Assembly: GCF_001194135.2 (NCBI RefSeq)
Contig: NC_068982.1
Span: forward strand, 192,114,171 to 192,152,656
Reading direction: 5' to 3'
Length of the DNA: 38,486 nt
Source: Octopus bimaculoides
Lineage: Eukaryota
Positions 21,426-33,659 of the stretch are shown here, in pieces. Within the stretch, counting starts at the first letter, position 1, and each line of letters opens with the position of its first letter. A program made the translations under genes and the position numbers. Under the pieces are notes generated by a model. The model worked only from the letters and a program-made list of their open reading frames with translations. It made no database searches and was not told where the DNA came from.

Positions 21426-24400
21426 AACATGCAGCTGCACTTGACAGAATATTTCATTCTTTATCTCTGAACAAATGTTCTTTGAGGAAAGACTATTAAG
21501 AAATAAGTGACCTTTTTTATTAAATATTGTCAAGTAACACCCTAAAACAAGGTCCAGTATCTAGTTATACCTCAATGCTGTCAAACCCACTTTTTTTAGA
21601 AATCTTTTTTTTTTTTTTTGTCACATCAAAATATATAAATAATTATCCAATCTGTGTGTGTGTGTGTGTATATTCTTCACAAACCATTGATCCAGTACAC
21701 ACATGAATGACTTTTGCCTCGCAATGGAACACTGAACTATGCCCAGAGTTGTTCCTCTCCCGTCCTGTCTCCTTCCCTTACAGTATTACCTAACGCAGTC
21801 TAATCAGGCAGAAATAGGCTCAGAGTTATTGCCCCTATCTTCNNNNNNNNNNNNNNNNNNNNNNNNNNNNNNNNNNNNNNNNNNNNNNNNNNNNNNNNNN
21901 NNNNNNNNNNNNNNNNNNNNNNNNNNNNNNNNNNNNNNNNNNNNNNNNNNNNNNNNNNNNNNNNNNNNNNNNNNNNNNNNNNNNNNNNNNNNNNNNNNNN
22001 NNNNNNNNNNNNNNNNNNNNNNNNNNNNNNNNNNNNNNNNNNNNNNNNNNNNNNNNNNNNNNNNNNNNNNNNNNNNNNNNNNNNNNNNNNNNNNNNNNNN
22101 NNNNNNNNNNNNNNNNNNNNNNNNNNNNNNNNNNNNNNNNNNNNNNNNNNNNNNNNNNNNNNNNNNNNNNNNNATGGTTTTATCTATTTTTTGTCTTTAA
22201 TATTTATTTTCAGAGCAGCAATTTTTGCAGGTATAAAATTCAGCCAAGACAAATATTTAAATTGTAACAACCCCGTCCCCATTATATGAACAATCCCTTT
22301 TCTTTTGTAGTGTCATCACTGTTATAGGGCAATAGTCTGGAGAGAGAGAGAGAGATTTGTTACGTAAGGACACTATTTCTGAAATTGTTTTTTAAAAAAA
22401 TAAAACCATGAAATTTATTTACCATTTCAAATAACTGACATTGGCTTTTCTTTTCTGAAAAATCTTACTTTTTGTGTGTGAGAATCAAATTGAAAAACAT
22501 TGTCTTTAAAAGGGTTGCCTGACATGTAAGAAAGACTCCATTCAGAGCAGAAACAGGTGAGATTCTGTCTTGTTTATTATTCAATTCAAATTAAATTAAA
22601 ATCTAATTAAGGTTCAGTGTCTCAAACATTTCTTAACCCTCTGAAAGTTTGCATTTTTTTATATTTATTTTGTACTTTTACATATCACATTATGAGTAAT
22701 TTCTCGTTATGAAAACAAGAAGCAGTTTACTTGATGACAATCAAAGCACATATCTTTATATATTTGGATATCTGGTCTGGAGAAGACAAGTCAAATATTC
22801 AAATTGACTCAAACCACAACATTTTTGTTTACTCTCATTTATATCCTGATTAGATTTGCTTTCTTCAAACTGAGTTTAATCCCTAATTATTCTTTTGAAA
22901 TGGGATCTCATTAACATTCTTTCATTAATTTCTCTATTTCATGTCTGTTTTACTAAATTATTCCACAACTCTCACCATTGTCATAATCAGTAGATCTGCA
23001 ACTGATGGTCTCCTACAGAACTGTTCACTCTTTTTATGCCCCTCCTCCCCCCCCAGATTCAATGTAGATCAATTCAACTGAAGAATTGGGGGTCATCTTA
23101 CAATAGCTTATTCTTCATCCACCACCTGCTATGAGGGCAGAGTAGCCAAGTGCTAAGATATTACACTAATGTTATTTCATAAATATATTTCTACGAGATC
23201 ACCCACCAATGGTGAGGGACAGCCCCCCGCCCTTCTCCAAATCTAGTGAATCTCATAGAAGAAAAGGATTAAACTTGATATAAAATTCTTGACTGGAATC
23301 AGTTTACACCTCTTGTATTGGTATTGCTTTTGAGAAAGACAAGAATCACATCATTTCCAAATCAGAAATTCTTGTATTTTCTTGTAGCTGATGCCTTGTT
23401 TAGCAGGAATTTAGGAATTAGTTTGGTCTTTCAATGTTGCAACAGATTCCCATCAAATCACTAAAAACACTCCCAAACAATTGTAATGTCACCATTTTTC
23501 AAGTTGTCAGTTTTTCTCGAAATCTTCAAGCTTCTTCTCGTCACTTCAAACTTGTACGAGATTCTTTCAGATTCAATGTCACAAACAAAGTGAAAAGGCA
23601 TTGGTTTTTGTTTGTTTTTTTTTTCCTATATCAGCTCCTCTACTTTGCATGTATCCCTTCACTGTGTTGTTTAACCCAAGGTCTGCTCCTATCATGCATA
23701 CCTATGACCAAAGCATTTTGGCCATCACCATCCATCCAGCTATCTTTTTGCCTACCCAGGACTTTTATCCAGTGTTGTATTTTTTTTTTAACACACGATT
23801 TGAAATGAAGATTTGGCTGTTATTTTCGTTAGGTCAAATGACCATGTAGAGTTTCTTGTTGGTCCATTATCCTCAGTCTAAGTAAACGAGGGTGCTGCTA
23901 GGAAGAGTAGCAATAAAACCAATTTTATATTTTATCATTTGCTGACAACACATCATTGATGTACTCAGAGTATATCCTGCAGTAAATGTTTTTTAATGTC
24001 TTTGGAATAACCACAATTTCTAATTGTGAAATCTCAACCCAGCGACTGAAAAAATAGGGCATCAGTCTGCAACAGTCTGTTGTTAAAGAAATCAGGCCAG
24101 CCTTGTATTATTTGTATCATCAAGAGTTACTTGTTTTGGAAATTCTTTTAGAATTTTAAAGCAAGAAATATTTTCTTCTCATCAAATCACTAAATTCTTG
24201 GAGACTTGAGATCAACAATCAGTTTCTATAGAATGCTGGAGATGTTGTTGCCATTAAGATCTTAGTTTTCAGAAGATCATTTGCGGAACTCCTCTGATTT
24301 TCTCTGAAATTCGTCATATTTGGTAATTTTATTTGATTACATAAAGCAAGTGGTGAAATTTATTTGATTGGTCAACATTTCTGCTTTTCTTGTCTTTGGT

Positions 24401-26902
24401 TCCATTTACTCAGGAATTCAACGTTAAAGTGTCAAACTTCCTTTATGTCTCTTTGAAATAGGGAACAAAATTGTCTTCAGTGGACTATTCCATGATAACC
24501 CTGTTACGATATTTGGGGATCTTAGTAATTCTGCACTTTTCCATATCATCTCACTCCCTGCAAATTCATATTGCAACATGTGATGAGCAAACTTTACTTG
24601 TGTTTCTTCTTTTTGAAATGTAAATAAAAAGAAAAGCTTTGGTGAGATTAAATGATATCAGCTCTGACAACTGAAGTTATTCTGCAGCACTGAAAATGGT
24701 AAACATTTTGTCCGTCCAAATTCCGTAATAGCTCAGCAGCAAACAAACTCCTTCAAGTCTTTCTCATCATCCACATGCAGCACTTTATTATTATTATTAT
24801 TATTAATGCTGATGACAAGGGCCTTTGAACCTTCTTCGATATTTGTTGAAACGACGACTTTCATGCTATAAGCCTTTTTACTCTGCATTATACATACATA
24901 TATATATGTGTGTATATATATATAATATGTGTGTATATATATATATAATATGTGTGTATATATGTTGCCGTCTCCAACGTTGCCGTATACATTGTCCCGG
25001 TTCGCCCATTCCTCATCCTTCTGTAGTGCTGTTTGAAAGGGAGGTAACTTTGGCTATCAGAATATCTAAGGGCAATAACTGGCGCAATCTTGTTTCTTCA
25101 CCTTATTTTTGTATCTGTCAACTCTAAAACTCCGATATTTCTCTCTCTGATGTATCTACAGGCTCTCAACTCTGACTGTTGAACATTATCTAGAATATTC
25201 TGGCAAAAATTTAAATCGTAAAACCGCCCAAAGACAATTCTGCATGATTAATGGAAATAACAAACCAAGTGACTTCCTAACAACTAAAGTGGACAGGAAG
25301 TAGAAAAGACGGCTTTGTTTTCTGGATTTTGGTCGTGAATAAAATATCTTGTTCACCAGATGTGTTTGGCTTGGTTCACTGCCCTCAACACACGCCTCCC
25401 CTACATTATGCTCCTGTAATTCTTGCCTTCACATGGAGCACCGCAATGCAAAACCATTTCTTCATTCTTAGTTTACTCACTTCAATACAACAAATGGACG
25501 CCTGCCTGGCGTACACACACACACACACACACAATAATGTAAAATTATTTTTAACTTGTATTTTTCAGTTGTAAATTTAAATAGAATTTATTTGGTTCCA
25601 AACCAAATTATTACCAATATTTCAACAAAGATCTTCAAAATCTGAATCTTTTAATCTGGTCTTGATCCCAATGTCAGCCAAACTCTGGATTTATCATCAA
25701 CAATCTTCTGAAAATTGACATTGTTTACTTTGAGGTCAGCCATCATCATCCAGCCAACATTTGATGAAAAGCTCTCTCCCCATGACTCTCCCATCTCATT
25801 GGCCTTCTGTAAACTGAACAGATTCAGAATCACATGTTTGTCTCTTATGTGCAAACCAATTCTGAACAAGATAAAACTTTCATACTGAAGTCATGTTGTT
25901 TTAACCCCAGGTCAGTCCTGATTAAGTAGACATGTGGTCAAAGGTATTCCAGCTTTTTAAAACTTCAATCACAGTTTATCTGCAACTACAACGTCCAATG
26001 TGTCCTTCCTTTTCTAAGAAAGTAGGGTGTAATGAGGAACATTTGGCTACTATTTCTAGCATGTCAAGCAACCACATAGCATCCTCTTGATTCATCATCA
26101 TGCTGGAGCATTAGAAATTCCTATATTAACTTTCATCTCTGTGATGTTAGAGTAACACATTTGAACAAAATCTTCTAAATTGTGTTACATAAAAATGTGA
26201 AATGTTGAAATAGTGTTTAAAAAAAAAAAGAAAAAAAAGAGAAATTGATAGAAATAGTTGAAATGTGTGTTAGTAATCCCACACTCTGAATATATATGTG
26301 TATGTATAAATACCCATCACCCCCACCCCCCACCCCATTTCTTAGCCAAGCTGTTCAATATTAACTTTTTAGAAATAATTCTTGGAAAAGAAATTTTTCA
26401 ATTGTTTAAAATTTTACTCTTTTTAGCTTCTTGTTCATCTTGTCACCAGTTTGTTTTAAGAATATGTCATCAAGTTTGGATTTCTTCATCTTTGTCGTAC
26501 TTCCAGCTGTCATCATTGTATTTTTCATTAACATCTCCAAAAACCATTCTATGTTTATTTGTTAATTCAGGATTGTTCAAAGAAAACAGATAATCCAGGA
26601 TTAAAAATACAATAAAAAAATTTTTCCAGCGTTCATGGAGTCAAAATAAATTTGAAGATCAATTTTCATTGTATCAATAAATGTACCAATGAATTACTCT
26701 TTTGAAATAAAAGATGCTATATTTTTAAAGAAGAGTTCTTTGTGTGTGATTCTTTGCCAGATCCATTTCTTTTACAATCAAAGTGAAATAAGTTCTGTTT
26801 TATTTCTTATTGCCTAATCGGGAAGAAGGTGCTGCATCTCTCTTCTTTACATGCACTGCCTCTGTCTTTGTTCAGCTTACATTTTAGAGCAGAGATTGAC
26901 AT

Positions 26903-29112
26903 GAAATTATTGTATACAGTGCTCAGGTGCACTACAACGTGTCAAAAGTGCACATAAAGCATATGCAGTATTGTACAGATGTCTGAAAAGTGAACAGTGT
27001 ATGAGTCAGATACATGCTTGCATGTGTAAGGAGGGGAGAAAATCAGGTGTGGTGTTGGCGAATCTCAGGGAGCATGGAAGTTTTGAAGGATGCAGTGCTC
27101 CGACAACTAACAACTGATGCTGGCAGATTGTTCCATACTTCAGCAACTCTGAGTGTGAAAAAATGTTTCTGAAAGTCATGGGAGCTGTGCTGTTTTCTGA
27201 CTTTGTAAACATGTCCACAGGTGTTAGACAGGTGGAATTTGAAAAGGTGCTCAGAGTTGTTGTTAGTAAGATGGTTGATAATTTTATGGGCGTCTGCCAA
27301 GTCAGCTGCCAGACGTCGGAGTTTCAATGTATCCATGCCCAGAGAAGCAAGGTGTTCAGAATATGGCAAATGCCTGATGGAGGGTATTCTCTTGGTTGCA
27401 CGTCACTGAACGGTTTCCAGACGATTAATATCCTGAGCAAGATAGCAGTTCCAGACTGGTGATGCAAATTCCAGGTGAGGCCACACCATAGCTATATAAA
27501 GCCTCAGATAGATAGCCGGAGAGCAGCACACAAAGGACTTGGTAAGTGATGCCAAGACACCCTCAGCCTTCTTGGCAATTTTAGCAATGTGTTTTGTCCA
27601 ACACAAATCACTATCGACAATAATGTCCAGGTCAAGTTTACAAGAAGACTTTTTGAGATTAGTGTTGTGGAGGGAGTAAGTAGACGCTGGGTTTTTCCTC
27701 CCAAAATGCATGGTGGTACATTTGTCCACAGCCAGCTTGAGTTGCCAGTCCATGATCCATTGCTGCATTGTGTCCAGGTCTGATTACAATAAAGATCTAT
27801 AGTGTACAGGATCTGTCCTCTTTATTTCGAGGTACAGCTTGATGTCATCTGCATATTTCAGCACTGTGGCATTCTTTAAGTTGGCATCTATGTCATTAAT
27901 ATATGCAAAAACTAAAAGGGGGCCAAGAACAGATCCCTGTGGTACACCAGATGTCATCTCATAGGGTGAAGAGTGTTGTCCTAGAACTGTGACAACCTCT
28001 TTTCGACCGATAATAAAGGACTTCAACCAGTTATAGAGATCATCTCTTACACCCATTGCAGAGAGTTTCACCATAAGTCTTTTGTGTGGCACAGAATTAA
28101 AAGCCTTAGCAAAGTCCAGGTAAACAACATCCACCCAGGAGGTGCCATCAGTGATTCAGGTAATGTCCTCAAGAAACTCAATGAGTTGATTACAGCAGCT
28201 GGAGTTAGGAATAAATCCAAATTGTGACGGCTGGATGAGGCTGCGAGACTTCCAGAAGTTCCAGAGGGTTTCTCTGGCACAGGATTCCATCAGTTTGGCG
28301 ATGCAGCTAGGAAGACTGACGGGGTGATAGTTGACAAGAGATGTGCAGTCACCTTTTTTGAACAGAGGGATAACACTGGCAGTTTTCCACTGCTCTGGAG
28401 TAACACCTTTGTCAAGACAGAATTGAAAGAATAGTGAAAGCTGGTTCAGAAGAAAGTACCCACCACGTTTGAGAAGTAGGCATGTAACACCATTGAGACC
28501 AGGAGAGGCATAGTTATGTTTATTCTTAAGGTGGTGTTGTAGCATTGCTGGTGTAAATGTCATAGTAGTTGTAGAGTCCTGTGTCAGAGGTGATGGAGAT
28601 GGAACATTTTGATTTTCGACAGTAAAGATGCCTGCATAGCAACCAGCAATAATTTCTGCACATTCTTTGGGATTGTCAGTAATCTGGCCTGTGTGGGGAT
28701 TGCAAAGGGGACCAACTGGAGAGTGAGGTCTCTGCTTCGAATGTACATACCTCCAGAATACTTCGCTGTCAGGGTTGGTTGCTATGTGCTGTTCGAATTC
28801 AAGCACGGCCTTTTTTGTCACCTGCTTGAGATGGTTGGATGATCTATTGCGCTTTTTCCTGTTAATCTCTGATTTGTGCATTTTATATTCCTGTGCAGCA
28901 TTATGGCGTTCTTTCCTGGCAAGTCGGACTGCTGCAGTCTCCCAAATTGCACTATTGGGTGGTTTGGAAGACTTTAATCTGGATCACCTTAGAACAGGAA
29001 GTTTGTTGTCATAGAAACAAGTGGCAGCTTCAGGTGAGTTCGTAACAAAAGGGTCAAACATCCCTAAGTCAATGATTGCAGGAAATACACTGATGGAGAA
29101 GGAAATCCAGAG
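26903..29112 (-). mobile_element. 5'-truncated CR1-type LINE (~2.2 kb) with near-complete but frameshifted RT
   Basis: ORF pieces include PEQWKTASVIPLFKKGD..NYHPVSL, QFGF, DVVYLDFAKAFNSVPH, SGVPQGSVLGP, YADD and HLEFASPVWN. It shares its 3' end (tgctcaggtgcactacaacg) with the 4.6 kb copy. Confidence 0.95.
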
Positions 29113-30149
29113 GATTGACATTGTGGGGTAGAAATGAAAAAGTGTGAGAAACGATATTGAGAATGCAGGATGGTTGAGGAAAGCATAAAAAGGGGATGAA
29201 ATAAATGCAGTTCTGCTCTCATGATGACAGCAGCTGAGTGAATAGTGTCAGAGTCTGATGACAGATGGGTTGTCGGGGAAAAGGTTTGATAAAGACAAAT
29301 TCAGTCTGGAGCATAGACATAAGCAATAAGGTCTTAGAGCCTCATTTTTGCTGAGATGGACAGGTCTCCATATACACTCCCTCACACACACACAATGGGC
29401 TTTCACATAGTTTTTGTCTACTGAATTCATTAACATATTGGTCAAGCTTGCAACCATGCGGTCATTACAAAATGAACTTCTTAACTTCTCTTGCCCTGCC
29501 CCATTATGCTAAAACTGCAGAATGTGCTAGAATATGACTTTGTTCATAATGAAACAACTACAGAAAAAGCAGCAGCTGTTGGAGAAGCAGGGGAAGGCCT
29601 TTGACAGCACATCACATCCTATAGCCTGGTGGTTGCTAAAGAAACTTAGTGTAGGTGAAGGGTTCACGAGTCAAAGGTGAAGGCTAAAAGTCTGGTGAAC
29701 CAAAAAAGAGCCCCGTGAATATTTGACTAGTCCCTCTCTAAAAACTAAAAAAAAGTTCATAACCCTTTGAATGTTGACAGGAATTCCCTGACTCACTTTG
29801 TTCCACCTGATAACATTTCCCACAGAGTTCCTAAAAGTTGTATAAAGATTCAGTCAGCAAAATATTCAATAAGGAATTTAGCATTGCAGCCAGGTGCTTA
29901 TCACAGCCCTTCTCTTGTATATTAATAGTTCTTGAGAAATAACAGACAAGTTTAAAACCATGGAAACAAAACTTTGAACACAAACACCTCAAAGTAAACT
30001 GAGCAGAGAATGGAGTTTTAGTTAACAATAAAGAAGACATGATTCTGAACTGCCAAGTCCAAACTGAAGTAGGAATTCCATACTGTTTAGTTGATGTAAA
30101 CTGTGTTTGCACAAGAAGTGTAGTGGGATGAGATGCAGCAAGATTTCAG

Positions 30150-31330
30150 GACTATACAGTAAGGAAGAGGAAAGGGTCTAACGTTTTGGGGGTAGCAGTC
30201 CTTCATCAAGAGACAGAGAAAGGAGAAAACAGGGGCCATTAGAAGTATTAAAACTGAAAGTAGTTTCTTGGTTGAGTAGAGATTCAGTGAAAGGAAGATA
30301 ACGGGTGAGAAGTTTGATGCGTGAGCTCGTGTGTATAACAAATGGGAGATACAATGTCATGTAATGAGTGGATGTATAAAGGCTGGAAGTGGTGGATCGT
30401 GTGAGAGAAGAAGATGTGAAATAGAGAGAAGGTGTTTATAAGGTGTAGGTAGAGGCCATGTTATGAAACGACAGAGGATTGTTAATTCTTGGAGGGTAGG
30501 AAACAAAAATCAGTTTGTTATTATGCAATGAAAAAGTGTTGGATCCAAGAGACATAAGTAGAAAGGATGAGGAATGTCTATGACAATTGAAATGATGGTT
30601 TAAAGGTTGTAGTTCTTATGTCAGACATCACCTTATTCTCTCTAATAAATAATACAACATAAGAATTGGTTAAATGACAAATGTGGCAGAAAAAAGATGA
30701 GGAGTTAGACTTGGGGGTGGGGGAAGCGTGATGTTAGGACAGCTCTTGCATGTGAAGAGGGGACAAGCAAAGGAATCAGAGGGTGGGGTGGCACATTGAG
30801 GGAAGAAATAACTATGGACTGGAAAACCATGGAGATAGAGGCAAGTTGTGAAGGAAAGGAGAGACCATTCCAGAAGTGGAGAGGAGCAAAGTCAGATTAT
30901 AAGAGAGAAAAGTGTCATTGCAGTGATGTTGCAGTGAAGGTGGTGAAAGCAGGAAATGGTGAGGAATACGGAAAGGCAGTGGGTGAGTGTCATGTGTGAA
31001 GTAGAGGATTATTTGGTGCGACCTGGATAACGGACAGGGTGGTTAAGGAATTGTGAAAAGGGGTTAGCAGAGATGGTATGAAGTAAAAATCAAAAGAGTG
31101 GCCATCAGTGGATTTGTTGAAGAGATGGGAGTGGATGGGGCTGAAATGCTTAATAGTCCAAGAAGTTATCACATCTGAGAGAATATAAATGTGAAGTTGA
31201 GAGTAAAGTGAAAGGAGTCAAGCTGTTCCTGGATAAAGAAGTGGGGTGGACGATTGGTAATGAGTGACGAGGTGGGCCTCAATATGTGCAGCAAAGCAGG
31301 TGAGCTTAGTGAGAGCGCATTCTGGGTTCT
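30150..31330 (-). mobile_element. Heavily decayed Penelope-like element relic with a degenerate minimal hammerhead at its 3' side
   Basis: Manual minus-strand reading gives EQLDSFHFTLNFTF..S, NKSTDGHSF (KPTDSHSY-like) and AFPYS..HCNDTF (IPYSQ-LRRLC-like). The terminal motif is GTCT-CTTGATGAAGG...CCCAAAACGTTAGAC. Confidence 0.5.
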
Positions 31331-31426
31331 ATGGTCATCCCAGTGAATTGTTAATATAATGGAAGCAATAATTGATTGACAGAATTATTAGTGTTGGACA
31401 AAATGGTTTGTAGTAATTACAGATCA

Positions 31427-31790
31427 TCATCATCATTTAATGTCAGTTGTCTATGCTGGCATGGGTTGGACAGTTTGACCAGAGCTGCACCAAGCTCCAG
31501 TCTGATTGGGCATGGGTCCTATTGCTGGATGTCCTTTCTAACACCAACCACTTTACAGAGTGTGCTGGATGCTTTTATGAGGCACCACACAGATGCTTTT
31601 ATATGGCACTGCACGGGTGCTATTATGTGGCAGCACATGGGCATTTTTCCATGGCACTGCACAGGTGCTTTTCATGTGTCTTTGTACATGGCCTGTACAG
31701 CTTTTACCAACCACTCATCTATCCCTCTTCACAGTCCACCATATCACATAACACTATTGAACGCTTTCTAGAGATCAACGAATGATGCCA
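31427..31790 (-). mobile_element. RTE tail with 24 nt subrepeats, joined to an RT mid-region fragment
   Basis: (CAT)n tail, about five units resembling gtgcttttatgtggcactgcacgg, then GIDEWLVKAVQAMYKD on the minus strand. Confidence 0.75.
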
Positions 31791-32088
31791 GTTATGATGG
31801 TTTATTCTTAGCCAGTGGTCATTGCCAGACTGGTTCCAGTAGGGGTAGCATGTAAAAACACCTTTAAAGCGTGGTCGTTGCCAGAACCACCTGACTGGCC
31901 CTCGTGCTGGTGGCACGTAAAAAGCACCCACTACACGATCAGAGTGATAGGCATTAGGAAGGGCATCCAGCTGTAGAAACATTACCAGATCAGATGGAGC
32001 CTGGTGCAGTCATCCGGCTCACCAGTCCTCAGTTAAATCGTCCAACCCATGCCAGCATGGAAAGCGGACGTAAAACGATGATGATGAA
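31791..32088 (+). mobile_element. RTE 3'UTR and tail, inverted relative to the adjacent copy
   Basis: aaaagcacccactacac...aggaagggcatccagctgtagaaac...ccaacccatgccagcatggaaagcggacg followed by (ATG)n. Confidence 0.85.
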
Positions 32089-32199
32089 GAAAATGATGTC
32101 AAACAGCTGCTATTGTGTGTAAGATGGATCTGGCTATCAGGCAAGTAGTTACCTAACAAGGTTAAAAATGCTGACAAACATGGCTTGCTTTGATTCTTC

Positions 32200-32572
32200 T
32201 CTGATACGAAAAACTTCAATCAACACCAAATGACGGATGATTATGTGCAGATCCTCCTGATGTCCCAAAGTGGTTCCAACTACTTGAGTGGTTTTAGGAG
32301 TGATGAGCAATGAAGGTCATGTCACGCTAGCTCACATCTCTCCACAGAGTCTAAGAATTAATGTCATGGTCCTAAAGACAGTCGTTAAGCCCTGGATGGA
32401 TGAGGCATGCAGTGGGAGGGCATTTACGTTTCAAAAGGACTCAGCACCCGTTCGCAAAGCCCTTATAGCCTAAGAATGGAGGTCACACAGCCTTTATAAT
32501 CAGGGAACACCAAACTTTTGGCCTGCAAACTCACCAAATTTAAATCCCATGGACTACTACTAGTTCCAGACC
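32200..32572 (+). mobile_element. Decayed Tc1/mariner (maT/DD37D-like) transposase fragment
   Basis: Encodes MVLGVMSNEGHV...VVKPWM...FTFQKDSAP and, after a frameshift, FWPANSPNLNPMDYY (SPDLNP motif). Confidence 0.85.
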
Positions 32573-32904
32573 ATTACTGAAGGGGAGAATAGAGGGGACA
32601 GATGGCTACTTTATTTTGTATACGGGCGAGTGGGAGTAACTGGGAAGAAGCTAAAATTATTAGTGATAATGTGCCAGACCAAACTCTCAAGGTACAAAAA
32701 GGTGAGCATAAAAGAAATGGACAGTGGATCAGAGGAGGAGGAGGAGAGGGTAATTTAGTTGTTAGAGATGTGGATAAAGGTGAATGTAGTGAGTGATGGG
32801 CAAGGATGGAAATGCAGCTGTAGAGAAACACCAGTACCAAGAAGGGATAAGGTAAGAAAGATAAAAGGGGTGGTCTACAGACACACATGCATGAATATAC
32901 TTGA

Positions 32905-32936
<32 letters not shown>

Positions 32937-33399
32937 AATTGTGTATAGAAGAATATATTAATCAAAGGAATTCCAACTTTGATTTTCACGTTTTATTTAC
33001 AATCCTATAAGATAATGGAATGATAGAATATTAAGTATGTAACCTAATTGAACTTGTGCTTTCATGCATGAAACTAAGGAAATCTTCCGGTTCAAATGGT
33101 CGTGGTGACTGTTATGTTCTAGGGAGATGGCTAAAACGTGTGCCTCAAATACATTTGTAGAGGCTCCAGAATGTTAAGTTTTGCAAATTGTATTCTGACC
33201 AATCAGTGTGTGGCTTCACGAAATTACTTAAGTTGATTGGTGTTTGGTTTAGGCATCACGGTTTCTTGAACATGTCAAGAGACCCGTATTTTGACCCTGG
33301 ACAAAGCAGTAATTGTTGGGCTATTTTTAGAAATGTCGTAAACAACATTTCCCAGGGATTTTTACATTTCAATTATCATAATCACCATTATCATCACCT

Positions 33400-33411
33400 T
33401 TGTTGTTGTTG

Positions 33412-33443
<32 letters not shown>

Positions 33444-33462
33444 GGTGGTGGTGGTGGTGGTA
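33400..33462. repeat. Compound (GTT)n(GGT)n microsatellite
   Basis: Directly visible in the sequence. Confidence 0.95.
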
Positions 33463-33659
33463 GGAGTAGCTGTGGTGATAGAACTTTAAACCCTAAATAA
33501 GATTATTTTCACTGACTTTTCTCTTGACTTAGCTAAAGTTTTCCTGCTATCGTCATCATCATGAGAACCTTTAGTATTGTTGTTGCTGTTGTTAGTGGTC
33601 GTAGCAGTAGAAGTAGTACTTCTAAGTATTATTATTTTCGTTTATTAAGCTTGGGTTGG

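Noticed and set aside
24809-24856. CUGAUGA...GAAACG on the plus strand
   Set aside because: Helix II is out of register, U16.1 is absent (GAAACGAC) and there is no helix I. At most an unrecognisable relic.
29540-30110. Faint pogo/Tigger-like wording
   Set aside because: No DDD motif or TIR could be read with confidence.
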